Assembly (NCBI GenBank): GCA_015206805.1
Contig: JADEZP010000001.1
Location: forward strand, 219-64,218
Source of the DNA: Quinella sp. 1Q7
GTDB lineage: Bacteria; Bacillota; Negativicutes; Selenomonadales; Selenomonadaceae
Length of the DNA stretch: 64,000 nt
Reading direction: 5' to 3'
Below, one piece after another: positions 24,364 through 35,930 of this stretch. The stretch's first letter is position 1, and every line of letters starts with the position of its first letter. The translations under genes and the position numbers were made by a program. The notes beneath the pieces were generated by a model that was not told where the DNA came from, did not search any database, and was given only the letters and a program-made list of their open reading frames with translations.

Positions 24364-26859
24364 TTGCAACTGCTTTACAACCTCGCGGCGATAATCGTCG
24401 TGATTCTAATCATCCCCGTGTTTATGATTCGGTCGATACGCGAACGCGGCTTCGTGGAGCGAATCAAACAAAGTTTCGGATTCTTCCCGAAAGGCGCACT
24501 CGACCCCGTGGCGAAAAAAAATTGCATATGGGTGCACGCGGCGTCGGTCGGGGAAATTGTCGCGACGAGCCCGCTGATTAAAGAATTCCGCCGCGAATTC
24601 CCAAAGTCGCCAATCCTCGTATCGGTCGTGACAACTTCGGGCTACGAAATGGCGAATCGAATCATCAAGGACGCCGACAGCATAATCTATTTCCCGCTGG
24701 ATTTGCCGTTCGTATCGGCGCACGTCTTCCGAAAAATTTTCCCGCGCGTCTTCCTGAACGTCGAAACGGAATTGTGGCCGAACTTCCTTAAGGCGGCGCG
24801 TGAAAATCGCGTGCCCGTGATGATGGTCAACGGTCGCATATCCGAAAAAAGCGTCAAGCGGTACAAATACATGTTCTCGATTTTGAGCGACATGATCGGC
24901 ACCGTCCAACTGTTCGCAATGGCGTCGTCGGTCGACGCGGGCTACGTCAAGCAACTCGGCGCGCCGGAAGACTTGGTTATCGTCACGGGCAACACGAAGT
25001 TTGACCAGACGTATACGGACGTGACGGCGGCTCAACGCGCAAAAATTTTGTCGGACATGGGATTGACTGACGCGACGGAAATTTTTTTGGCGGGCAGTAC
25101 ACATCGCGGCGAAGAAAATTTCGTGCTCAAGGCGTTCAAGGCGATTCGCGAAAATCATCCGAAGGCGCGACTTGTCATTGCCCCGCGTGAGCTGCTCCGC
25201 ACGCGTGAAGTCGTCGCGCTGTGCAAGGCGGCGGGATTCACCGTCGGCACGCGCACCGAATTGCAGAAACGTCCGCCCGCAAATGAGGACATCATAATTC
25301 TGGACACAATCGGCGAACTCGGACAGGTTTACAGTATCGGCGACGTGATTTATGTCGGCGGAAGTCTCGTTTCTCACGGCGGACACAACATCCTTGAGCC
25401 CGCCGCTCACGGCAAGGCGATTGTCGTCGGGCACCACATGGAGAACTTTAAAGACCTGCACGCGCTGTTCAAAAATCGCAACGCCTGCGTGACCGTAAAC
25501 GACGCCGACGAACTTGCCGCGCAGGTTAAAAAACTTTTCGACGAGCCCGCCGAACGTCAACGCCTTGAGCAGGAAACGATTGCCATTGTCCACGAAAATC
25601 GCGGCGCGTCCAGAAAATCCGCCGTGCTCCTGCGACAAATGCTGACCGAATACGAGGCGCGCGAAAATGCCCGCCACTTGCACACGACCGAAAAAATCGA
25701 AAACGTTCAAACGTATTTCCTGCGGCTCGTTCACGATGAGGACGTGCACGGTCCGATAACGCATTTGGTGATTTTCGTGCTGTATATTTTTTCGCTGGTG
25801 TACAAAGGTCTCGTCAACCTGCGGCTGCTCGGCTACGATTTGGGCTTTTCGGGCAAGGAACGACTGAATTGCTTCGTGATAAGTCTCGGCAACATAACGG
25901 TCGGCGGGACGGGCAAAACTCCCACGGCGCAACGGCTTGCCAAGGAAATTCGCGACATGGGCTATCGCGTCGTGATTCTCAATCGCGGTTATCGTGCGAA
26001 ATTCTACGGCGAAGTCGGCATTGTCTCGGACGGCAAGTCGCTCAAAATGGACGCGGCGGAGGCTGGCGACGAAGCTTACATGCTTGCCAAGCACCTGCCG
26101 AACGTCCCCGTGCTTATCGGTGCGCGACGTGCCGTCAGCGGACAATACGCCATTGAAAATTTCGGCGCGGAGGTTGTAATTCTCGACGACGGCTATCAGC
26201 ATTGGCAAGTGATTCGCGATTTGGACATTCTGCTGATTGACGCGGTGTCAGTCTTCGGCAACGGGCACTTGCTCCCACGCGGCACGCTCCGTGAATCGAT
26301 GTCGCATATCAGCCGCGCAGATGTTTGCCTTATGACGAAGGTCGATCAAGCCGGCGAAGGCTCCCGCGAACTTATCCGCGAAACAATCCGCAAATACAAT
26401 TCCGCCGCGCAGATTGTCGAAAGCATTCATAAGCCGCGCTGCCTGATTCCGCTTGCCGAATGGTCGACGAATTTGTCGGGCGACGGCGTCAGTGTCGACA
26501 CAATCAGCGGTCGGCGCGTTATGGCAGTTTCGGCTATCGGCAACCCCGCGTCGTTCGAACGAACGTTGCGCGATTTGGGCGCGGAAATTATTTCCAGTCT
26601 GCGCTATCCCGACCACCACGACTACACGATTATGGAAATGGAAGACATTTTGCGGCAGGCTGATTCGTTCGCGGCGGAAATGATTATCGTCACGGAAAAA
26701 GACGCCGTCAAAATTCCCGACGAAGTTGCCCGCGAAAATTGGCGCATCCCGATTTTCGTTATCAGCGTCGAAGTCACGTTCCAAGTCGGCGCGGCGGAAT
26801 TCGAGGAACTTTTACGGCGTCGTCTTGCCGAAAAAATCGGCGGGCAAGCGGCAACTTGA
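24364..26859 (+). CDS. bifunctional Kdo transferase (WaaA/KdtA) fused to tetraacyldisaccharide 4'-kinase (LpxK)
   Basis: The N-terminal ~420 aa are WaaA-like (WVHAASVGE, glycosyltransferase fold). The C-terminal ~370 aa are LpxK-like (VISLGNITVGGTGKTP P-loop, ILDDGYQH). TTG 24364 behind an AGAGGAG SD matches WaaA N-termini (MQLLYN..). The ORF track starts 10 codons earlier. Confidence 0.85.
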   Translation: MQLLYNLAAIIVVILIIPVFMIRSIRERGFVERIKQSFGFFPKGALDPVAKKNCIWVHAASVGEIVATSPLIKEFRREFPKSPILVSVVTTSGYEMANRIIKDADSIIYFPLDLPFVSAHVFRKIFPRVFLNVETELWPNFLKAARENRVPVMMVNGRISEKSVKRYKYMFSILSDMIGTVQLFAMASSVDAGYVKQLGAPEDLVIVTGNTKFDQTYTDVTAAQRAKILSDMGLTDATEIFLAGSTHRGEENFVLKAFKAIRENHPKARLVIAPRELLRTREVVALCKAAGFTVGTRTELQKRPPANEDIIILDTIGELGQVYSIGDVIYVGGSLVSHGGHNILEPAAHGKAIVVGHHMENFKDLHALFKNRNACVTVNDADELAAQVKKLFDEPAERQRLEQETIAIVHENRGASRKSAVLLRQMLTEYEARENARHLHTTEKIENVQTYFLRLVHDEDVHGPITHLVIFVLYIFSLVYKGLVNLRLLGYDLGFSGKERLNCFVISLGNITVGGTGKTPTAQRLAKEIRDMGYRVVILNRGYRAKFYGEVGIVSDGKSLKMDAAEAGDEAYMLAKHLPNVPVLIGARRAVSGQYAIENFGAEVVILDDGYQHWQVIRDLDILLIDAVSVFGNGHLLPRGTLRESMSHISRADVCLMTKVDQAGEGSRELIRETIRKYNSAAQIVESIHKPRCLIPLAEWSTNLSGDGVSVDTISGRRVMAVSAIGNPASFERTLRDLGAEIISSLRYPDHHDYTIMEMEDILRQADSFAAEMIIVTEKDAVKIPDEVARENWRIPIFVISVEVTFQVGAAEFEELLRRRLAEKIGGQAAT

Positions 26860-26917
26860 CATCACGCAATAAAAAATCCCCCGTCACTCACGATGAGCGG
26901 CGGGGGAAATTTTTTTA
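26858..26917. terminator. conserved intergenic element copy 2 (bidirectional terminator)
   Basis: GACATCACGCAATAAAAAATCCC, then hairpin CCCCGTCACTCACGATGAGCGGCGGGG, then AAATTTTTTT. Lies between convergent waaA-lpxK and glyS. Confidence 0.6.
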
Positions 26918-26927
26918 TGTTGACGTA

Positions 26928-29177
26928 TCAGCGGACGATTTTTCCGAAGACGGCGATTTTCGTAAGCAGGTCGTCAATCGATTTGAGCAGGGCAAGTCTG
27001 TTGCGGCGGACGGTTAAATTTTCGTCCATGACCATGACCGAATCGAAGAACGAATCAATCGGCGTCGACAGCCGCTTGAGCACGTCGAGTGCGCCGAGGA
27101 AGTCCCGCTTGGCAATGAGCTCGTCTGCCGCGACTTTTATTGCCGCGAACGCCCCGTGCAAAATTTTTTCCGCGTCGAGCGTGAACAGTGCCGCGTCGAA
27201 TTCGGACGTTTCCGCCTTTTGAGCAAGGTTGCTCACGCGCACGAACGATTGAATAGTTTTCGTCGCGTCGGGCATTGCAAGGAACTGTTCGACCGCCGCC
27301 GCCCTAAGCGTCACGACAAATACGTCGTCCGCGTCGTCAAGCACCGCGTCAATCACGTCGTAGCGCACCGAATCCGACAGCACGTTCTTGACGCGCAGGC
27401 GCATGAAGTCCGCGAACTCACGCTGAATTTTGTCGCGCCCGACAGTGTCCGTGATGTTGAGCAAATCCATTGCGACTTCGACGACCGCGCTCAATGACAG
27501 CGACCAACGCGCGACCGTCAGCAAATTCACGATACCGAGTGCTTGACGGCGCAGGGCGAACGGATCTTGCGAACCCGTCGGCACGAGCCCGCGACTGAAC
27601 GTTGCGACGATGTTGTCGATTTTGTCGGCAATGCTCAAAATTTTTCCCGCGACAGTCGACGGCGACCCGTCCCCTGCAAAGCGCGGCATGTAGTGTTCGT
27701 CAATCGCCGCGCAGACTTCGGGAACTTCGCCGTCAAGTTTGGCGTATTCGCGACCCATAACGCCCTGCAGCTCCGTGAACTCCGTAACCATGCCCGTCAC
27801 AAGGTCAGCCTTCGACAACTGCGCGGCACGAACGGAATTTTTACGGGAGTCCGCGTCGACGCCGAGCATGTCGGAAATTTTTTCGACGAGCCGCATCAAA
27901 CGTTCGGTCTTTGCGTAAACGGTGCCGAGCCCTTCTTGGAAGACGACGGTCTTGAGCTTGTCGCGGTGAGCCTCAAGAGTTTTCTTGCGGTCTTCGTTGA
28001 AGAAGAACTGCGCATCCTCCAGCCGAGCTTTAAGTACGCGTTCGTTGCCGTGCTGAACGATGTCGAGATAATTTTTCCCGCCGTTGCGAATCGTCACGAA
28101 CAGCGGCATAAGCTTGCCGTCGGCGGTCTTTACGGGGAAGTAGCGTTGATGGTCGCGCATGGGCGTAATGACGGCTTCGGCGGGCAGCGCAAGATATTTC
28201 GTCTCGAATTCTCCGACAAGCGCGGTCGGATATTCGACAAGATACAGCACCTCTTCGAGCAGGTCGTCGGTAATTTCGGCGACACCGCCCTTGGACGCGG
28301 CAACGTCGTTAATCTGCGCGGCAATCATTTCGCGGCGACGTGCTTGGTCGACGATGACGAAATTTTTTTCGCACGCGGCAACATAATCGCCCGCAGTCTT
28401 GATGACGAATTCCCCGCGCCGAACTGCCGCGCAGGTCGTATCGGTCAACGGACTAAGCACCGCGTCTTGCGAATCGTGAGCGTCGTCGCGTTCAAAGTCG
28501 TTACGCAAAATGTATTGCTCGTTGGGCAAGGGTTTGGCGTCGTCAAGGTCGTTGCGAATTTCCGCCGCAGTCGCGTCACCGTCCGCCAAAGCAACATCGA
28601 CATCCGCCGCGCTCAAGAATCTGTGCCCGCGCGAAATTCTGCCGCTGTGAACGTTGGCGATTTCAAACGGAATGACCTCGTCGCCGAAAAGCGCGACAAT
28701 CCAACGTATCGGGCGAATGAACTTGAAGTCGAGACTTCCCCAGCGCATGTTGTTCGGGAAGCTCAAATCGCAAATGATTTTCGGCAGGAGCGTCGCGAAC
28801 AATTCGGCGGACGGCTTGCCCTGCTCACGAATCACGGCGTAAACATAACCGTCGCAAACGATTAAATCTTCCGGCGCAACCTTCTGCCCGCGTGCGAAGC
28901 CGATTGCCGCCTTGGACGGTTTGCCCGCCGCGTCGAAGGCGATTTTCACTGACGGACCGCGACGTTCGGATTGGGCGTCGGCTTGACGCGTCGCAACGTC
29001 CTGTACGAGCAATGCAAGTCTGCGCGGCGTGCCGAGCGTCTGAATTTTGCCGAAGGCGATTCGCGATTCGGTAAGCGATTTTTCCGCGAGCGACTTCAGC
29101 TGGTCGAGTATGGCGGGCATTGCGTGCGCGGGAATTTCCTCCGTGCCGATTTCAAGCAACAAAATTTTCGTGTCCAT
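26928..29177 (-). CDS. glyS: glycine--tRNA ligase beta subunit
   Basis: 749 aa, colinear with GlyS (LLEIGTEEIPA, GTPRRLA, SRGHRF). Contains an acidic ~50-aa insertion relative to the E. coli enzyme. Starts immediately after the glyQ stop. Confidence 0.9.
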   Translation of the reverse strand: MDTKILLLEIGTEEIPAHAMPAILDQLKSLAEKSLTESRIAFGKIQTLGTPRRLALLVQDVATRQADAQSERRGPSVKIAFDAAGKPSKAAIGFARGQKVAPEDLIVCDGYVYAVIREQGKPSAELFATLLPKIICDLSFPNNMRWGSLDFKFIRPIRWIVALFGDEVIPFEIANVHSGRISRGHRFLSAADVDVALADGDATAAEIRNDLDDAKPLPNEQYILRNDFERDDAHDSQDAVLSPLTDTTCAAVRRGEFVIKTAGDYVAACEKNFVIVDQARRREMIAAQINDVAASKGGVAEITDDLLEEVLYLVEYPTALVGEFETKYLALPAEAVITPMRDHQRYFPVKTADGKLMPLFVTIRNGGKNYLDIVQHGNERVLKARLEDAQFFFNEDRKKTLEAHRDKLKTVVFQEGLGTVYAKTERLMRLVEKISDMLGVDADSRKNSVRAAQLSKADLVTGMVTEFTELQGVMGREYAKLDGEVPEVCAAIDEHYMPRFAGDGSPSTVAGKILSIADKIDNIVATFSRGLVPTGSQDPFALRRQALGIVNLLTVARWSLSLSAVVEVAMDLLNITDTVGRDKIQREFADFMRLRVKNVLSDSVRYDVIDAVLDDADDVFVVTLRAAAVEQFLAMPDATKTIQSFVRVSNLAQKAETSEFDAALFTLDAEKILHGAFAAIKVAADELIAKRDFLGALDVLKRLSTPIDSFFDSVMVMDENLTVRRNRLALLKSIDDLLTKIAVFGKIVR

Positions 29178-30065
29178 TTACGCCGTCACCTCCGCAGATT
29201 TTTTCAGCAGCGGATAGCCGAGCTTTTCGCGCTGTTCAAGATAGACTTCAGCACACATGCGCGCCAATTTCCTCACGCGCCCGATAAACGCCGTGCGCTC
29301 ACTGACGCTGATTGCTCCGCGTGCGTCAAGCAAATTGAACGTGTGCGAACACTTCAGAACGTAGTCGTAGGCGGGGTGCACGTAGCCGAGCTTGATAATC
29401 CGAACAGCCTCCGCCTCGTATTTGTCGAACAGCTCAAACAGCAAATCCTCGTCGCTCAAGTCGAAAGCGTAACTCGTCTGCTCAAATTCGTTTTGGTGGA
29501 AAACATCGCCGTAAGTGACGCCTTCCGCCCACTCAACGTCGTAAACATTTTCGACGCCTTGAATGTACATGGCAAGCCGCTCAAGCCCGTAAGTTATTTC
29601 GACGGCGACGGGCTTAACGTCTTGACTGCCGACCTGCTGAAAATACGTGAACTGCGTTATCTCCATGCCGTCAAGCCAAACTTCCCAGCCGAGACCCCAC
29701 GCACCGAGCGTCGGAGACTCCCAGTTGTCCTCAACAAAGCGGATGTCGTGTTTAGCCGCCTCAATGCCGATTGCCGCAAGCGATTCAAGATAAAGCTCCT
29801 GAATGTTGTCGGGCGACGGCTTCATAATAAGTTGCAGTTGATGGTGCTGATACAGGCGATTGGGATTGTCGCCGTAACGACCGTCAGCCGGACGCCGCGA
29901 AGGCTCCACGTAAGCGACGTTCCACGGTTCCGGTCCGAGCACCCGCAAAAATGTAAACGGGTTCATCGTGCCCGCGCCTTTTTCAATGTCGTAGGGCTCC
30001 GCCAAAATGCAGCCCTTGTCCGCCCAAAATTTCTGCAGGGCGAAGATTAGTTCCTGATACTTCAA
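29178..30065 (-). CDS. glyQ: glycine--tRNA ligase alpha subunit
   Basis: Highly conserved GlyQ sequence ([37 protein letters not shown]). TTG 30065 is 8 nt after a perfect AAGGAGG SD. The ORF-track GTG 30092 would put the SD inside the coding region. Confidence 0.9.
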   Translation of the reverse strand: MKYQELIFALQKFWADKGCILAEPYDIEKGAGTMNPFTFLRVLGPEPWNVAYVEPSRRPADGRYGDNPNRLYQHHQLQLIMKPSPDNIQELYLESLAAIGIEAAKHDIRFVEDNWESPTLGAWGLGWEVWLDGMEITQFTYFQQVGSQDVKPVAVEITYGLERLAMYIQGVENVYDVEWAEGVTYGDVFHQNEFEQTSYAFDLSDEDLLFELFDKYEAEAVRIIKLGYVHPAYDYVLKCSHTFNLLDARGAISVSERTAFIGRVRKLARMCAEVYLEQREKLGYPLLKKSAEVTA

Positions 30066-30114
30066 CCGAACGACCTCCTTAGGAAATTTCACAGCCCGTT
30101 ATAGCAAATGGCGG

Positions 30115-30144
30115 TTGCAATGTCAATTTATCTGGTTGTATAAT
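30115..30144 (+). promoter_or_regulatory. sigma70-like promoter of sstT (TTGCAA-18 nt-TATAAT)
   Basis: TTGCAA 30115-30120, 18-nt spacer, TATAAT 30139-30144. Confidence 0.5.
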
Positions 30145-30179
30145 GCAAATGCTTTGTATTTTTTGAGGAGGGGAGAAAT

Positions 30180-31433
30180 TTGTTTTCCAGGTTAGCAAAA
30201 TTTTACAGCGAAACCGCGCTGATAAAATTAATCGCCGTCGGTCTGGTAGTAGGAATTTTAATCGCGCTGTTCGTGCCGTTCTTCGTGCCGGTTATCGCGG
30301 TCTTCGGCAAGCTGTTCGTCAGCGCATTGAAGGGCGTCGCGCCGATACTGGTCTTCGTGCTGGTCATGAACGCAATGAGCCAACGCTCCGAATCCAACGC
30401 AACAATGAAGCCGATTATTCAGCTGTACGTTATCGGAACGTTCCTTGCGTCGCTCGTGGCGGTAACGGCGTCATTCCTGTTCCCGACGACGCTCAAATTG
30501 CAACTCGACGCCGACACGACCATATCGCCGCCCGGCGGCATTATCGAAGTCTTGCAGAACGTCATCATGAACGTCGTCGATAACCCGATTCACGCGCTGA
30601 CGACGGCAAATTATATCGGCATATTGGCGTGGGGCGTCATAATGGGGCTTGCGTTCCGTCACGCGGGCGACGAACTTCACAACGTGCTTGCCGACCTCGC
30701 GAAGGCGGTTACAAAAGTTGTGCAGTGGGTAATTCGTTTCGCGCCCTTCGGCATAATGGGACTTGTCGCGGACGCAATCGCAACCAGCGGCATCGACGCA
30801 TTGCTCGGTTACGCAAAGTTGCTCGCGGTACTTTTGGGCGCATTCTTCAGTGTCGCGCTAATCATGAATCCGATAATCGTATTCTACAAACTGCGCATGA
30901 ATCCGTATCCGCTCGTATTGGCGACACTGCGCGAAAGCGGCATTTACGCGTTCTTCACACGCTCAAGCGCGGCGAATATCCCCGTCAACATGAGCCTGTG
31001 CAAACGTCTCGGACTCAACGAAGATTTGTATTCGATTTCAATTCCGCTCGGCGCGACAATCAACATGGCGGGCGCGTCGATAACCATTGCGCTTTTGAGT
31101 TTGGCGGCGGCAAATACGTTGCACATTTCAATCGATATGCCGACGGCGTTGCTGCTGTGCATAATCGCGACGATTGGCGCATGCGGTTGTTCAGGCGTCG
31201 CGGGCGGCTCACTATTGCTGATACCCGTCGCATGTTCAAGTTTCGGCATCGGCAACGATATTGCAATGCAGGTCGTCGGCGTCGGCTTCATTATCGGCGT
31301 CCTGCAAGATTCGTGCGAAACCGCGCTGAATTCCTCAAGCGACGCGCTGTTCACGGCAACGGCTGAATTCGCCGAACGTAAAAAGCTCGGCAAGCTCAAA
31401 CCTTCCGATTTGGTGCCGCGTGCCGCCGAATAA
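30180..31433 (+). CDS. sstT: serine/threonine:sodium symporter (DAACS family)
   Basis: 417 aa. The N-terminus aligns with E. coli SstT ([25 protein letters not shown]). Polytopic. TTG start after a GAGGAGGGG SD. Confidence 0.8.
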   Translation: MFSRLAKFYSETALIKLIAVGLVVGILIALFVPFFVPVIAVFGKLFVSALKGVAPILVFVLVMNAMSQRSESNATMKPIIQLYVIGTFLASLVAVTASFLFPTTLKLQLDADTTISPPGGIIEVLQNVIMNVVDNPIHALTTANYIGILAWGVIMGLAFRHAGDELHNVLADLAKAVTKVVQWVIRFAPFGIMGLVADAIATSGIDALLGYAKLLAVLLGAFFSVALIMNPIIVFYKLRMNPYPLVLATLRESGIYAFFTRSSAANIPVNMSLCKRLGLNEDLYSISIPLGATINMAGASITIALLSLAAANTLHISIDMPTALLLCIIATIGACGCSGVAGGSLLLIPVACSSFGIGNDIAMQVVGVGFIIGVLQDSCETALNSSSDALFTATAEFAERKKLGKLKPSDLVPRAAE

Positions 31434-31455
31434 CATTCAAACCGTCAAAAAAATT

Positions 31456-31487
31456 CTCCCGTCAAATACGGCGGGGGATTTTTTTTG
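31456..31487 (+). terminator. intrinsic terminator after sstT
   Basis: Imperfect CTCCCGTC...GGCGGGGGA hairpin followed by T8. Confidence 0.5.
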
Positions 31488-31555
31488 TCACGCGGAAAAA
31501 TTTTTATTATAATTCCGCCAACAAGAATCGTTTTTCGGGAAGTAGCGCGATTGAA

Positions 31556-34500
31556 ATGGATAAACTTTATGATTGGTCTGATTTTGCGGAGAAATATAAT
31601 CTTATACCTGCTGAAAATGAAGACGATACTTATAAATCTTTTGGTTCGTATAAGTTATACGGTAAGATTTCCGGAACCCATCCATGGTATAGTAGCGGTT
31701 GGCACTATGAGAATATTTCGAGGACATACAATCTTTATATAATCCGTCCCTATGAAGATGGTGCAAGAATTGAGGGCGGCTCTGGTAACGCTGGTTATAT
31801 CTCTGAGACCGGTGAATGTGAATGGTATGATTCAGACAATGACTATTTGTGGAAACGAATTTACGATTATTCATATGAAATGAAAATTAGTAATAGTTTT
31901 AAAAATATTTTATTTAATGGTTGCACAGGTGTGGATTGGTTTCATAATAGCGTCAGTAAATTCAGTGTGCCCGACAATGTGACAATTAACGGGAAAGACG
32001 GAGACGACTCTTTACTCAACTATGGCGGATCAAATGTAAAAATCAGCGGCGGTTCCGGTGATGATCTAATTAGCAATGAAGCTACGGTTATATGGATCAG
32101 CGAAAATGAATACATCCGGTATTATCCTACCGATACCATACTCGACGGCGGTGTGGGTGCCGACACAATCACCAACAACGGCGCGAACGTCACAATCAAC
32201 GGCGGCGCGGGTAACGATTACATTTACAACGGCGGCTACTGGGACAGCGTCACGATTGACGGCGGGCGACGGAAACAACACCATTAACAACGGTCTGCAC
32301 AAAGACGACCGTGATTATTCCGGCGGCGATAACGTCACGATAACTGCGGGTAGCGGCGGCGACGTAATTCAAAACTTCAACGCCTCGAACATCTCGATTG
32401 ACGCGGGCGACGGCAACAATCTGGTGAATATCGGCGGCGACGCTTCAAAGCTTACCGTAAAGGGCGGCACGGGCAACGATTCGGTCTTCTTGTACACGCC
32501 GAAAAATGGAAGTGCTGTTGACTCCGAGACGGGCGAAATTCCCAACGACGGCAACTTTGGCGGCACGAACGTTTCGATTAACGCCGTCGGCGGAAAAAAT
32601 CTTGTGTACGTCGCGGACTCGTGGAATTATGTTACGGTCGAGGGCGGCAACGATTCACAAGGCATCGACCTTATCTCCAACGGCGGCGACAATGCCTTTC
32701 TTCGCGGCAACGCGGGCAATGATAAAATCGTGAACACGGGCGATTATGCGATAATCTTCGGCGGCGACAACGGCGACATCATCGAAAATTACGGCGACAA
32801 CGTCTACATTGCGGGCGACGACGCCAACGGTAAGGGCAGCAGCAACTTCGGCGATTACATCTACACCGACAAAGGCTCGAATGTCACGATTGACGGCGGC
32901 GCTGGCAACGATAAAATCACGGCTTTCCACGACGTTAAAGCATCAATCGTCGGCGGCGCAGGTAACGACGAAATTAATCTTGAACGGCTGACGGTCGACG
33001 ATCTGACCAAAATTTCGTTGAAAGCTTTCGCGCTCGTTACATTTAAAATCGTTTCGGAAAAAGTCATCAGCGATATTATCAGCAACAAACTGCTTAAAGG
33101 TGTGCCGGTTGCCACCAACGCCGCAGACTGGTTGCTTGCTTTGGGTGAGATGATTCCCGGATATTACGGTGCTCCGTTCAAAATCGCAAATGCCGCCAAG
33201 GACGTTTACGGCGCAATTAAAGACTTCAACAAGTACAAATATTATTTCGCCGACAAATCGACAAGCACGGTCGCAGGCGGCGCGGGCGACGATACGATAA
33301 TCGTCGACGGTATCGCTCCGCGTGTCTTTGAATATTCCGACGGCGACGGCAACGACGTTTATTATCGCTTCAACGACAACACGTTTAACGTTGATGATTT
33401 TGAGCTGTCGACGTTGCGGATTAAAAAGGGTCGCATAAAGCACGTCGCTGTTATCGGCAATGACGTTACGTTTGTCGTCGGCAAAGGCTCAATCAAACTC
33501 GTCAACGGCGCGAACAAAAAATTCAAGCTCATTGAGGACGAAGAGGGCGGCACCGTTACGACGCGCGCTTACGGTTTGGACATAAACACGGGTAAAGTCG
33601 TTTGCTCAATCTTCGGCTCGGCGCAAAACGACAACCTTCAGGACAAAGTCGGCATTGAATTCGCCGCAACAAGCTCAACCGTCACTGCAATTTCATCGTC
33701 GACGCAAAAAACGATTGGCACAATCTTTGATCACGTAATTTACGGTTACGACGGTCGCGACACTTTGAGCGGCAATGACAAGGACGATACGATTCACGGC
33801 GGCGACGGCTCCGATAAAATCTTCGGCGAGGGCGGAAATGATGTCCTTTACGGCGAAGGCGGCAACGATGAAATTTACGGCGACGCGGGCAAGGATACCA
33901 TTTACGTCGGCGACAGCGATACGGCTTTTGGCGGCGACGGCGACGATTTCATCAAAAACAACGGCGATTACGTCAAGATTTTCGGCGACGACGGTAACGA
34001 CAAAATCTTCAACTCGGACACCTACAGCCACAACGTCACAATCAGCGGCGACGACGGTCACGACACGATAGCGGTTCACGGCATGAAAATATCGGTCAAC
34101 GGCGGCACGGGCAACGATTCAATCCAATTGGGTTATGTCTCTTCGACCGACAACGTAAGCTCAACCGTAACAGTCGACGCGGGCGCGGATAACGATACGA
34201 TTCGCAGTTACATTTCTTACGTCACGTTGACGGGCGGCGCGGGCAACGACGTCATAAGTCTTTCCGCCGACGCGAAGAAAAATTATATCAGATACGCTTC
34301 GGGCGACGGCTTCGATACGATTTCCGGGCTCAACGACGACGACACGCTTAAAATCACTTCGGGCACTGTCGACACGGTTACGGTCGCGGGCTCGGACGTT
34401 ATCTTGACGGTCGGAGACGGCTCCCTTCGTTTCAAGAACTTCAAGGGCAAAGAATTCAAAGTTACTCACGCCAAAGGCGAAGTCGTCAAATACAAACTTT

Positions 34501-35930
34501 CCCCCGACAAAAAGACCAAACACGTCACCGGTTCGATTGTCGGCGGCAAAGGTCAAAGCACCATTTACGGCACGAGCGGCAACGACACTTATTTCGGGAG
34601 CGACGGCAACGATTTGATTTACGGCAACGAAGGTCGCGATTATCTTTACGGCGAAGGCGGCAACGATACGATTTACGGCGGCGCGGGCAACGATTACATT
34701 TGGGACGACAAAGGAAAAAATACGATTTACGGCGACGCGGGTAACGATACAATTTATGCAAACGGTAAAAGCAACCTTATCGTTTACAATTTCGGCGACG
34801 GCAACGATCATATCTACGGCGCGGGCACAGTCCGAATTTTGGGCGCGAGTTATTCCACGTTGCGCAACGGAAACGATTTGATTCTTGCGGTTGGCGATTA
34901 TTCGGGCTTGAAACCGGCAACTCAAATGCTCAACGGCACCGTCAAACTTATCGGCGGCAAAAAATATTTCAAAATCGAGGGCACTTGCAACGGGCAATAC
35001 ACCCCCGAAGGTCTGTCCAAAGACGACGCGGATATTAAAGTTTCTGCGGACTTCGCGGGCAGCGAAATTAACTTGGCGGACTTCGACGGAGTGAAAAATA
35101 TTGACGCGTCGACTTCCACAAAAAAATTGTCACTCGGCGGCGACAAAGGCAACAATAACTTGACGGGCAATGCGTCGGCGAATACTCTTTCGGGCGGCAA
35201 AGGTAACGACACACTCACGGGCGGCGGCGGCAAAGATGTTTTCGTTTACACGGCGGGCAAGGACGTCATCACGGATTACGCGGTCGGCGACAAAATCAAG
35301 TTTGGCGGCGCGATAACGTCGACAAAGCTTAGCGGCAACAACGTCGTCTTTACGATCGGCAAAGGCACGCTCACCGTCACCAACGCAAAGGGCAAGAAAC
35401 TCACGCTGATTGATTCGGCGGGCAAAAGCTCCACACAAACCGTCAGCGACGTTTTGACCGTCACGAATAAGACAGCTTCGCCCGTGACCGTCGCGCCGTA
35501 TGTTAAGACCGTCGACGCCTCGAAACGCACAAAATCCGTCACGATTACGGGCAATGCGTCTGCAAATTCAATCGTCGGCGGCAAGGCGTCGGATTCGCTC
35601 GTCGGACTTGCGGGCGCGGATAAACTTTACGGCGGCAAAGGTGCGGACACGCTCATCGGCGGCAAGGGCAACGACAGCTTGTGGGGCGGTGCAGGTAAAG
35701 ACACGTTCATTTACTCAAACGGCGACGGCAAAGATGTCATTTACGGATTCCAAAGCGGCGACTTGCTTCAGATAACTGACGCGTTCACCGCAAGCTACAA
35801 CAGCTCCAAAAATTCCATTGCGTTCAAAGTCGGCAGCGGCTCCGTCACGTTGCGCGACTTCAACACGACAATTTTCCGCGTCAACGACACGACATATCAG
35901 CTTAGCGGCGGCAAGCTCAAAATAAAATAA
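31556..35930 (+). pseudogene. large RTX-like calcium-binding repeat protein (~1,458 codons) interrupted by a +1 frameshift at 32264-32267
   Basis: Dozens of GGxGNDxI/GDxGNDxI nonapeptide-type repeats and modules such as DVITDY..GDKI.F...GNNVVFTIGKGTLTV.NAKGKKL. ORF 31556..32287 (frame 2) and ORF 32076..35930 (frame 3) join at gacggcGGGcgacgga, where ggcggcgac would read TIDGGDGNNTI. No N-terminal signal peptide. AT-rich 5' end. Confidence 0.75.

Noticed and set aside
24406-26208. 600-aa minus-strand ORF.
   Set aside because: It is antisense to the well-supported waaA-lpxK ORF. The translation is R/F/V-rich with no recognisable motifs.
27543-30050. Plus-strand ORFs 27543..28865 (440 aa) and 28971..30050 (359 aa).
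   Set aside because: They are antisense to glyS and glyQ, which are unambiguous. No motifs and no SD.
30066-30179. Expected T-box leader upstream of glyQS.
   Set aside because: The spacer is only ~115 nt and is occupied by the divergent sstT promoter. No specifier-loop or T-box sequence was recognisable.
32076-32264. First ~63 codons of ORF 32076..35930 (MKLRLYGSAKMNTSGIILPIPYST...).
   Set aside because: This stretch is an out-of-frame overlap with the real upstream reading frame (31556..32287). The RTX-like repeats only begin after the frameshift site.
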